Assembly (NCBI GenBank): GCA_002633005.1
Contig: NMRA01000269.1
Span: forward strand, 186,001 to 250,000
Reading direction: 5' to 3'
DNA from: Phoronis australis
Taxonomy: Eukaryota; Animalia; Phoronida
DNA length: 64,000 nucleotides
The notes beneath the pieces are model-generated. The model was given only the letters and a program-made list of their open reading frames with translations. It did no database searches and was not told the origin of the DNA. Below, in pieces: positions 39,401-50,600 of the stretch; the stretch's first letter is position 1; each line of letters starts with the position of its first letter. A program made the translations under genes and the position numbers.

Positions 39401-39561
39401 ATAGTTTCTAATTTCCAGTGTCTTCCGGCAAGTACAACTCGACACTTGAGGTAGAAGAAGTCAAGGAAAATGGAAAGCGGAATGGACAGGTCGCGGCAAG
39501 ACTCCATCTGGGGCTGTTGGTGACAGTGCTGACATCTATTGGGCTGTTATACAAGCGCTAA
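30024..39561 (+). CDS. Laminin-gamma/netrin-family protein: signal peptide + LN + 2 LE + hydrophobic C-terminal anchor, 6 exons, 435 aa
   Basis: Exons 30024-30411, 33802-34097, 35213-35343, 36899-37071, 38364-38540, 39419-39561 (1308 nt, GT-AG, phases 1,0,2,1,1). Motifs [66 protein letters not shown] and TGHGGHC. AATAAA at 39653-39658. The last exon is less certain than the first five. Confidence 0.85.
33802..34097 (+). CDS. Laminin-gamma-like exon 2 (LN)
   Basis: [47 protein letters not shown]...[20 protein letters not shown]. This frame is absent from the ORF track. Confidence 0.93.
34663..34705 (-). ncRNA. Minimal type I hammerhead ribozyme-like motif (Penelope-type)
   Basis: Minus strand TGTAC-CTGAGGA-T-GATG(tttgcctag)TATC-GAAAC-GTC-GT. 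Stem I is weak. An inverted degenerate copy lies at 34804-34864. Confidence 0.5.
35213..35343 (+). CDS. Laminin-gamma-like exon 3 (end of LN)
   Basis: [44 protein letters not shown]. Confidence 0.94.
35653..35805 (+). mobile_element. MITE family B, copy 3
   Basis: TAGGGGCGGATCCAGGATTTTGAG...CAAATCCGCCATTG. Confidence 0.8.
36899..37071 (+). CDS. Laminin-gamma-like exon 4 (LE1)
   Basis: [10 protein letters not shown]...[36 protein letters not shown], 8 Cys. Confidence 0.94.
37934..38120 (+). repeat. Dispersed repeat family C, copy 1
   Basis: CATTGGTTGAAA.CTGGGAAACCC, AGTATGGCGACCACCT.TGACTTGAA, CAGTGATCGA.GTAAACAAAA and GTGCAAGTGGTGG are shared with 41530-41736. Confidence 0.75.
38364..38540 (+). 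CDS. Laminin-gamma-like exon 5 (LE2)
   Basis: [58 protein letters not shown], donor gtgagt. Confidence 0.93.
39419..39561 (+). CDS. Laminin-gamma-like predicted terminal exon 6 (spacer + hydrophobic tail)
   Basis: tttctaatttccag| phase 1: [47 protein letters not shown]. Poly(A) signal about 90 nt downstream. Confidence 0.68.
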
Positions 39562-41529
39562 GGAATTGGGCTCCTGGCAACTGAATGAGGTGTGCCTCCG
39601 TAAACCTCCATTTCTGCTTTAGATACCAATGGTTTCTCAAAACGACTGAGAAAATAAACCTTATGGTAATTAATTAGTATCTAGACAATGACATTGTTCT
39701 CTCTAGCCGTGACTGTAAAAGAGTTCAGCTGTTCTAAATAATATATAAATGGAAACTCGTAAGAGTTCTTATAAGCCACCAGGTTTCCTGTTGGGCAACA
39801 TGAAAACATTGTCGAAAGCGAGGCAGTACTTTTTACCCTGTTACTGTGATTGAATGTTGCACGTGGTCTATTAGGAATTGGGTGTTTTGCTTTGGCAATT
39901 CCAGAAATTTTGAGCCCCGTTTCACAAATCTTAGTTTTAATCTTAAGTCTTAAGCAAGTTCCGTTGATGGTATCATGGGTTATAGACAACAGATTCGCAA
40001 CTCCGACATTTTCTTGCATACTATCCTAGAGGATGCGCCACTCTCCGGTTAGTGCATTGCGACAACGAAAAATATTCGGCATTGAAACGCTGTTCAAAGT
40101 CTTCCAATAGTAAAATTGTTGGTATCGTGAGTACATTTAGCAATGCTATTACCACCCGACCACACAACATCCGACCATGATTAGCAGACGACGTACTTGC
40201 CGTAAATAATACTCGATAAGGTGTCACTAGTGAATAATGACATAACGGCTTGTGCGTAAGAAGACGGAAAGTATACGGAGTCGGCGGTCTATGATAGTAT
40301 GTTAACACCTTTGTTCAACACTTGTAATGTAAGGCGCTATGCCAGTGCCATGAGATGAAAATTGGACAGTGCTGTTCAATATCTGTATTTAGTAATTTGC
40401 TACAATGTTATGTTAGGCTGATGTTGACTGACTACGCCGATTCTGCCTGGTAAATCGGCTGAAAACATCGATCTAATTGGTGTGTTGTAAGCCCGAAGTC
40501 GTTATCGAGACCCAATCAGATCCCTTTCAGTAGCCGATTGACCCGACGCAGTCAATCAACTGTAGCCATGGTGACCATGCAAAGCGCAGAGTATCTTCTC
40601 ACATGCATGGTTTGTAACTATAGATTGTTAAAGTGATGACAAAACAGGTTGATTTTGCATACTTCCATTGCTGTGCACCGCAAGTGCGCTTTTTATCGCA
40701 GTTTATCTGTTGACCACCAGGCGTCACTTGTGCTAAACGGAGTTTTCATTCTTCTGCACATGGAAGTTTTACTCTAGTCCTCAGTGTCTGACCTGTTGCT
40801 AATTTAAGAAAAACAAAGTAGATGCGAAAGCTAAATCGATGTGTGTTATGACTCATTCAGTACGAGTATAATATGCAGAAAATTATGAGTTGTTACTGAA
40901 CTTACCTGAGATATGAAAGGGCAACGTTGATCGCCACGCTGGCCGGGTTCCCTGTGTCGTTGGCTGTTGAGGTGAAAGAGACACGCAGAAATCATTCAGC
41001 AGCACATGTTTTATCACTGATTGATGTAACCTTGGCAGGCATTGGTTAGCTTTACAACAAAGAAAAAAATGGCGGACTGTGAACGATTTTTAACCTTGTC
41101 AACATCCTCACGAACCAAGTTTTCTCTCTGCAGCAAATGTTTCGTTTCTGCAGTAATGTTTAATAACCCCGTGCTTCGTTGAAGCACAATGCACACTGAT
41201 CTGGCCGATTTAACTGGTGAGTTATTCATACTGTGTGAATACAAGACAGCAACGGCAAAAATCATTGACAGTAGAAAAATGCACACCTACACACAGACAC
41301 ACAACTTTCTGAGTCACACATACAGAACACTCCCAATGAACCACCGATTTGTTTGAACAGAGCAAAAACTATACCCACATTTACACTTCTTCAGTCATGC
41401 CAGTTTGTACCTGCTGACAATTCGTTCAGTCAATCAGAAACGTCGGTGTGTGGGGAAAAATTTCGCATTGCAATGATGTCGAATGTTGTTTAACATTGGC
41501 TTAAGTTATGAAGCCAACGTAATAGCTTT

Positions 41530-41736
41530 CAGCCATTCCCATTGGTTGAAATCTGGGAAACCCATTTCAACGGTTGAGTTACCGAGTATGGCGACCACCT
41601 TTGACTTGAATAGTTGTATTTTATTAAAACGGGCAGTGATCGAAGTAAACAAAAGCAAGGGACACCCGCCGATCCGGTGGCATAAGCCTAAACATGCACA
41701 GTACATAAAGGCCGCGTGCAAGTGGTGGCGATGTGA
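41530..41736 (+). repeat. Dispersed repeat family C, copy 2
   Basis: Colinear similarity to 37934-38120. Confidence 0.75.
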
Positions 41737-44522
41737 GTCGGAAGTATACCGATTTTTCAATGAACACTAAAATCTGTCACACTAAGATACTTTAAGGAAC
41801 AGATGAATAATGCTTAGTATTGAAAAGGACTGTTGGGTTAGTCCTGAAAGGGACTGTTTGGTTGAGTCAAGATATTAAACAAAATTCACAAAAATCGCAA
41901 CAGGTCTATCAACGTCGGAGGCTGACGGTAAGTGACATGACTGCCTAAAAGCAGCGCTAGCTGTTAGCGAAGCGGGGTGTTTCATACAGCGCCACCTGGT
42001 TGCGGCAAAGCCTTGAGTGAGTGGGTACCTTTTGCGCTTTCATTCAGGGCCCAGAAATGGAACTTATAGCATTTAAGCAAAGTTTTGTTACAACGAACAG
42101 ATTTCCGATAGGTGTCACTGTCGCAAAGAGGTGGACCGTCCCAAGACCGTAATGAGCTTGATCAGTACCAGTATAGCTACAGTAAAGGGTATCTTTTACG
42201 AATTACGCTTTCTTCGGCTTACGAAAAGACAATCCGCCAAAATCATTCTCTATGAGCTATAAAAGCAACATGAGAAACCCAATTCGGTGTAACACGGGAA
42301 GAAAGCTTCACTTCGACTGGGAATGAAAAGACCGCCGGAAACAACTGGAGGTTATGAGCGCTCAGCATCAGTTGGGGGAGGTGAGGGTGGGCACAAGATA
42401 CATATATAGTGGCACAGCACAGGTTAGAATCATTCGAAAACATGCATGTGTCACTGTTGCCTGGATTGAAACAATTTGACCAAATTTATGAAATTTCACC
42501 GAAGAACTCAAGTTATAGAAACCACAACGGGGCCAGCAGTAGTCAAATCATAAAAATAGACGCCCACCATTATCATTGTCATTTGCAAAAAAATAATGAA
42601 GCACCTTGATGGGGTTCACGAGTTACAACTGCCGAATTTCCGTAATCAAGAACGAGATGGTAAGTTCTTTCCACCCGGGCTAGTTGGAAACGAACAAAAA
42701 GCCCAATGTTTTACGGTTTCCTAGTCATACAGAAAGCTGACAAGAAAATGTTATTTGAAATCACCAGCATCCCACGAATTGGCCCCCAAAGCATCTCATA
42801 AATGACTAAACACAAAAATGGGAAAAATTTACCACATTTTGCTCTCCAGTTTAGGTGGAAAAACTCTTTAAACGTGAAAAGACTGTCTTCTGATAGAGAG
42901 GTTCAATTTTAACAAAAATATTATTAAAAAATTTTCTCTACCTTTCATTTGCACCGTTTAAAACTGCTTTACTTACTTTACCTATGTGAACCAAAAATGT
43001 GCTTTTTGGGCCAAAATGTTGATGATGCTCTTTAGAAATATTGGCCCGAATAATTTCAAATAAAAGTTTTGAAAAAAATTCACCAGGCTCGTTCCAGCTC
43101 TCCGAGCCCCCCCCCCCGGTGCGCGCATATAACTCATAAAGTCCTTTACTATTGTACAAAGAAGTTTATTTTCGAACAATTAGAATTTGCAAATGAAAGA
43201 CAAATTAATAAATAAGTAGATGATAATAAATTAAGAAAATTCAGAGGAAGCGATCAAAATTCGCGCTGGCATTTCCACAAGTACACATTGCGTCTTTTTA
43301 AACTTTGAATAAAGCAAAATCTGCTGCATTTTGTGCTTGCACTATCGACAAGGAAACATAACTTCAGGTAAATGATGTGGAACTCAATTCCATCGTTCGA
43401 CATAGTTTGCCAAAGAGCCGTAAACCGGTCGTTATTTTACGACATTGACCAATTTATAAAACAGTTAGGTATTATTTTTTTTATTTCAAATAGCAGACTG
43501 TTAAGTTAAGAAACTAATGTCCTTGCATTGAACTTTTGTTATTATGGCGCTTAATAATAGCGCGCAACATCAAATTTCGCAGGTACGTCATACTAAACAG
43601 CAGGCCAACACAAGCGTAGACTTCTTTCAAACAGGAAATTTGAATTTAACAAAAAACAAACGTCTGGTCTTAAATAACTCATATCACCTAAACTTATTTC
43701 ACAATCCTAAGAACATGACATAAGCGCCGTCTAGTGGAATGCAGCGGTGCAATTGTGATCTTGAAATTCGCGCGCTTTTGAGATGGTCAAGTTGCGTATT
43801 CTTATATTTGAGCTGAAACAGTTCAAAACTAAATCGGTGATTCTTAATTTTCATTTTTTCTTACGTCTAATTAAACACGAAGGACATCAAAATAAAACAT
43901 TAAAGAAAATAATTTAAGGATATAGCTCTGCGAAATATAAATAAAGCCGTTAAAACATAAATCTGCGCAAAGCCGATTCAAAAATATGTCTTCAATTTAA
44001 TTGGAGGTGGCTTTTCAGTAACCCATGTAAATTTCGTATTTTTCCAAGAAGCACCCCTGTTTAGGCAGCTGTAAAAGAAAATAAATAATTCGGTGGTCCC
44101 ACTTTGTTTTGCAGATTTGTACCTGGCCAGGACCAAAAACAAAAACAAAATACCGACCATAAATCCAAACTGCGTTTAACCTCCTTAAAAAATAGTGACG
44201 TATAATTTAAAACATGAGTAGTATATACATATTTACAATACTCTGTAGTCTTAGTCTTGCCACTGAGGAAACCTTCATTATGTCAATGGCCATGGAAAAG
44301 GCGTGACATGACATTTAAAAACAATGACAGTAGATCGGCATTGTCACAAACGTACTCTTCCACAGTTTCCACGTGAAACCATGGTAAAACTAGGTTGCTA
44401 TCCCGCCATCTATCCGGGAACCAGCCAGCATTGTCCAAGCGCACCAGGTTCTCCGCATCGCTCGTGTTGGAAAAAGTTACTATTTTAGCTTAACTTGGTA
44501 TTCGGTAAGACGATTGTCAGTG

Positions 44523-44683
44523 CTAAAATAGTGCACTTCCTATTGTGGACTTCATCTCAGAACTGTTGAATGCCGACGCTGAATTTGAGAGCACACTCGA
44601 GTAGGGTCCGGGTAAAGAGGGTGCTGAGGACAATGAACCAGTCGACTTGGTTGTACTTTCGTTTGTTGATTGCACCTTATTGC
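44523..44683 (-). CDS. Phox2: Phox2 exon 4 (C-terminus)
   Basis: ttttttcag| phase 1, ...[29 protein letters not shown]. Confidence 0.85.
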
Positions 44684-47600
44684 CTGAAAAAAGCAAACCC
44701 TCATTTGCAGTGTACATATAATTGATTATATTCACACGACGTCTTCTACTATGAAAGGTAAAACACTGATTGGAAAGAGAATCCCTGCGAGTAAGACGCG
44801 ACTGCCAAGTACACAAATTCAACATCTACCAACGACGCCGTACTTGCGGTTTAGTGAAAACGCACATCACTTACCTAGGACTCTTTAAGATTTATAATAT
44901 TAGTAATAGTAAAAGGAACAGTAATAATAATAATTAAAATTATTAATATTTGTCACAATTGTTATTATTATGTTAATAATAGTAACAATAGTAATAATGA
45001 TAATTATAGTTGTTGTTATCATTATCATTGTTATTATTATTATTGTTATTTTGTTATATAATCATATATGGCAGCAATGACAATAGCAATAATCTTAATA
45101 AAAATTAATTATTATTATAGTAATAATGAAAACACTAGTAACAGTAATAATAGTAACAACAGCAGTAATAATAGCAATAATAACAATAACAATAATAATA
45201 ATGATGATAATGATAATAATAATAACAGTAATAATAGTAATAGTAATAATAATAATGACGGCGCGACACGATATCGTGGTAAAATTTCCAAAGGTTAAAA
45301 TATAATTCAAAAACGTGTATTGTCTAGAACTTACTAGTGTTTTCTTTGGCAGGTTTTGATTCCTTCATACTCTCTGTTTTCACCGAGGAGTTACTGTTGT
45401 TACTGCTTTGTGGTGTTTGAGTTTTGGCTCTTTCAACCTTCCTGAACTTTGCACGTCGGTTTTGAAACCACACCTGGAATCAGAACAATAGAATCCTACA
45501 GCTATCATTACGTCAAGCGGCGTGTACTCTCGCAGACAATTCATAACAAAAGTGTAAATCTTGTATACGCTCCATAACAGCGACCTCATTTTAGAGGCAT
45601 TATGGATAGGGTAAGTTTTCTACAATACCGAAAACAGGCTATGCGGAAATAAAAACTTCCGCCAAGATAGTGCAACGAGTAATAATACCTTTCACGGATT
45701 TTAGCCGTTTCTGTTGTAGTCAATATCCATCTTTATAACTTCAATAAATTCCAAAAAGTGTGACTTCATCTAAGATAACTCCATCATGTATTTTTCATCC
45801 TAAAAGTTCTTCCAGGTTAGCCAATGCCTCCCCTTCTTGTTACCAAGGTTACATCTACTACATAGCCTTTGTGTTTATCTTGGCATTACGTTCAAGTATT
45901 CTCCATAAGATTTGCATATATTCTGCGGCGAAGTCGTTCTAATTACGCACACAAAGTCTACAAGAACGTCGCCCATAGCACGTGCAACTACTGTCTCTAC
46001 CAAGTGAGAAAGGAAAGGGGCATTTCTACTCAAGTTTAATGAATGAAAAATATTATGGAGCTGGTAGTTATGAAAATTTCTTAATGCTATTCATAAATAA
46101 CTTGAAGCTGAGATTAAATTAGTGAAACCTCTAGGGGTTTGCTCACTTGGTACCAATGAAAATCGATACAATTTAGCAATGCAAGGAACTTAAACTCTGT
46201 ATTTGGTAATGGGCAATTTTGGAAGATCGTGAACAAATATCTTAGACATCTCTCTTCTCAATCTCAAAACCAGATAAAACTGTTGATTAAAAACGACTAG
46301 TGACTTTAAAGCTAAAAATCATAGCATCGTACTTAATGTTTGTACCAAAGATCCATGTAATTATATTTTTTGAACTTTGAATCACGTAATGACGGGTGCT
46401 CGTGTATGTTAATGAGCTGTCATTATTGTTGATTCTGCTGCAAAGATAATATTTCTAATAATTATTTTGTAATCAGAACTGAACTTCCAAGATATACAGT
46501 CTCCCGTTATCTTGTGAGCACTAAGTTTTATTACATGTTGATTTCGCTGCGCTGATAATTTCTACTCGACGCGCTTCTTAGTTCCGCGGTGAATTCTATT
46601 CTTTTCCCGATTCGTCAACAAGCGCTCTAACAACTAGTTTTCTTCACCGATGTCTAAACTATAAAAATGTGCAGCGCTTCCACAGTTGGTTTACCTCGTA
46701 AATTTAAATGATCCACCCAATAAAACTCCAATAAATGCATGTGCTTGTAACATAATAGACCAAGTGTAATAAATCCAAATTAATGTTTCAATGACCCGCC
46801 CTAAAACAAAATATGGTCTTCCATTCCTTTCTGTGTAAAAAATAACCATAAGTTATGGTTCCTAGGTCCAATGTGCATATCCATAAATACTAATAAAAGA
46901 CAGGACATAAAAGAGAATAAAAAGTTAGCGGGAGCATAAAGCATACAAAGTCGATGCTCTGACAGATGGTACGACCGATATACCTCGTGGTCATTTTTAC
47001 TCCAATTCAGGAGCCCACTCCTTTAATTACTCCGTAATTGTTAAACATAAGCGAGAGTAACTCGTTCGACAAAAGACAGAACCAATTAGAGCTCTATCAA
47101 CAAGACATTTTGCTGTAAAATATGCTCGATTTTGTTATTAATGGCTCGAAAGATTTTTTATTAAGAAAGTTCGTTTTGGACACCTCCCATTTTCTGACAA
47201 ATGTCTTGCTTTACAAATTTTCGGTATGGCTGGTTGAGCTGTTAAGCAATACGCGACTAGCGTGTCACGCGATAACACGTTACTGATTACATGCCAGTGT
47301 TATTTGCATACATATACATGTTAACAGGGGCTCTATTCATGAATTGGAATGTATCATTTTAATAATAAAATCCAATTAGCATTACTGTAATTGAACTATT
47401 GATACTTTTAAGTCCAACTAAAGTGTAAGTTGTTCTTGTAAATGATTCAGCGTTGCAGCGAAGGCCCAATCAGTGTTCTCGCGAGACTACACGGGCATTC
47501 ATTCGTGAAATGTTCTTCGCGCCCTAGTCTTCTGGTATGGTATTCACGAAGGACTAATCTCGCGAAACTGACCAGACAGTATACACGTGACAACTCCGCT

Positions 47601-50600
47601 GCAAGCAATATCACCTACGCAATCATTACTCGTGAAATGGAATTCAAGGTTTTTGCTGTCATCCTTCGTTGCGTGAAAGCTCATTTTCTGTTGCATGTGC
47701 CCTAAGATTATGTTACAAATTATCCTTTTAAATGCTATTCAAATCCCCTCATCACTTCCACGTATCTGCCTAATAACGTCTCGATTTTCTAGTCAAATGA
47801 GTTCCGATTGACATGTAAACATGGCAAAACATTGGAGCGTAGTCTTTCCAAATGCTTACAATTTTTAAATTCCCGAAAAGATTGTGTGTCAGTTGTTTGT
47901 GTTTTTTTTCACAGGATTCAGTCTGAAACGCCCAAGCAATGACAACTAAACCATGTAGAGTTTCAAAACCTAACACCTTGCTTGCAACTGGGTACATAAG
48001 TAGTGGAGACAAAAAGCGATGTTTTATGTGCAGTAGGAATAAACGACATTTTCAGATGCAGTCCGATGCCAGCAAAGTTATACAGCCCACAGTCTCATAC
48101 TCAGCATGTATATATATATACATTATATATAGTACCTACTCGCAGATCTGTCTTCAATTTGTACCTGAAGACGATATTTGAAACATGTCGAAACGTCGTA
48201 TTGTCGTAACGCAGATCCTCAATTTTCCTTTTCTGTATAGCCATACTCTAACCATTTATGGAAGCTAATATTCCAAACGTGTTTGGCAAGGGGTTAAGGG
48301 AATACGTGTATCATTCGTGTTTGTATTCAGTACTTAACCCAGAGAACTATTTCCTTAAAATAACGAAATGGTTTCTCAAATCATTTTCCGAAGCGTCGCT
48401 GTTAGAAAAAAAATTACCTGAACCCTGGCTTCTGTAAGATCTATTTTCATGGCTATTTCTTCTCGCGTGTAAATATCTGGATAATGCGTCTCGGAAAAAG
48501 CTCTCTCGAGTTCTTTGAGTTGCGCACTGGTGAATGTAGTTCTGATGCGCCGTTGCTTTCGCTTCTCGGGGTTAATAGACGGATCATGATGATGGGTGGC
48601 GTGGGGATACATTTTATAGGGTAGTCCTGAAATAACACATTTATATTGTTTAACACAGGAAATCTTTCCATTATCTATCCAGAATGCCCAAGGTGTATAC
48701 TATGATTGGCCTAAATTGACGCAGGCGTTAACAGTTATAATATGCACTGAAAAGGAAATCATAAGTGTATCATTTATGAGAAGTATAAATTGCCTGATGC
48801 TGTTCTATCAAAAGGATTTAAAATCTATTTTTCTATTAATCAATTCGTTTGATCTAATTGGTTAATTAATTGACTAAATGAATAATAACTAAAGAACAAA
48901 AATAACGTATACTTATCATGTGCCTTTATTCACTTAAAAATCCCTGAGGTAAACAGACGCACGTGCAAGTCACGTGGAGACAAAGTGTCGGCACGTGGCT
49001 TTCACCTCAGGTGAGTTTGACATGCGTCGGCAACGTTCCGATACTCTGAGTGATCCGATAATGGCTACCCTTTTGAGGTATTAATTCCATGGATTTTTGG
49101 ATGATAATTGTGATAAATTACAAAGTTCAATAATGAAAACCGACGCAAGAACGGAACCAAGCGATTTTTGCAACAACCAGCCTGTAAGTTTACATTTGAA
49201 TTTGAACTCGGGTTATCAAGATTCGTCCAAGTAAGAGGGCTAGTAGACTCGCCTGTTATGACTGCCACGTTTACATTCAGTTTGCAAGAGTCCGTTGGTA
49301 CTAGTGAGCACGCGTTTGTTGCCGCGAACACGACGACACTTTAATATTCAAGTACGTATCTGCATAAATTTTCATTTGATGGAGTTAAACGTTGCATATC
49401 GATGAGAAAAATCAAAAACTAAAGTTGGTTTGACTTTGTCCCTTACAACGGAAAATGACATCGGGTAGGAGCTGTCTATTTTCTATCTCAAAAATCATAA
49501 TCTAACAAAATGATGCTAAATAACTCCAGACTATTTACAGAAATGTCTGTCGGCTGCATGCAGTTTTTATCCAGCGGATTCAACAGCGATAATGATTTAA
49601 ATGTACAAGTGACGTAGCTAATGTCTGTAAATGATGTTCGTTGCACAAAGTGAAACGATCGAGGTCATAAAACGCCTGCTGAGTCTCACAGATGTCTTAT
49701 AATGACTATGAAAAATTCATTGCTCATTTTGTTTTATGATTTCATGAAAGCAAAACAACTGTTTTAACGAGCGACCATCAATCTCGGTCTATCTGTCGGA
49801 AAGATTGCAGGGAGTGCGGCTAGGCGAAGATGATGGTATCTTATTTAATTAAACTTAAAATTAGCATAATAAAACCTGATAAGTACAAAACATTTATAAC
49901 AATCCGATAAAAGGATAATGATCACTTTTTTAGAAAAATTAATGAGCTACAATGTTTTGGTGTATCAATTTTCACGACGTAGATAATTTATCGTGTCGGT
50001 TCTGTTCAACTGCACCCGGATGCAGCCTTAACAAAGAATCTTTGCAGAAAATTTGCTTCTTCATATTTTTAGCAAAATTTAGTTATTAGTATCTTTTTTC
50101 GCGATGTGCCCCTAAGCCAAGATATCAGTCATGTTTATCGTATCGGGAACTGAAACAAATACGCATCTAGATTGCCGACAACTATTTGTACGCGGGCCCT
50201 AAAGACGCTTAGAATTTCTTTTAATTGTTCAACACTGCCCACTTCATTTAAATATCACTCGAAACCTATTATCAAAAATTCAAAGTGCTCTTAAAATGCA
50301 CAGTATCTCTCCTGATGTCAGAGAGCTGAAATCGGATACAAAAGTGAACATATTGGGTACATAAACTCGGAGCGCCCATTACGATAAATGCAGTCCGCCC
50401 GGGGTAGCCGTGTATTGTTTATCAAACGCATTGACCATATGCGCGCTTAATCGAGACGATTTGAGGGCTTTTATCCTCGTTTCATCCAACACCTTCGTCC
50501 TTCAAATTACGGTTTATCTTCACACTAAACCGCGTGTACCCATATGTGATGAACAGAGTTTAACAATAGCCGCTTTTTATTGTCTTTCTCTGACAGGCTC

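Noticed and set aside
41815-41945. 25-bp imperfect tandem repeat resembling a Penelope terminal repeat
   Set aside because: No hammerhead core or ORF remains; too degenerate to call.
44868-44885. AG|GTAAGT recursive-splice or microexon motif in Phox2 intron 3
   Set aside because: No polypyrimidine tract, the intron is short, and no in-frame microexon results.
45068-45310. Poly-Asn and poly-Ile ORFs (also 29359-29649 and the Tyr/Cys ORF at 60444-60629)
   Set aside because: They are translations of trinucleotide microsatellites.
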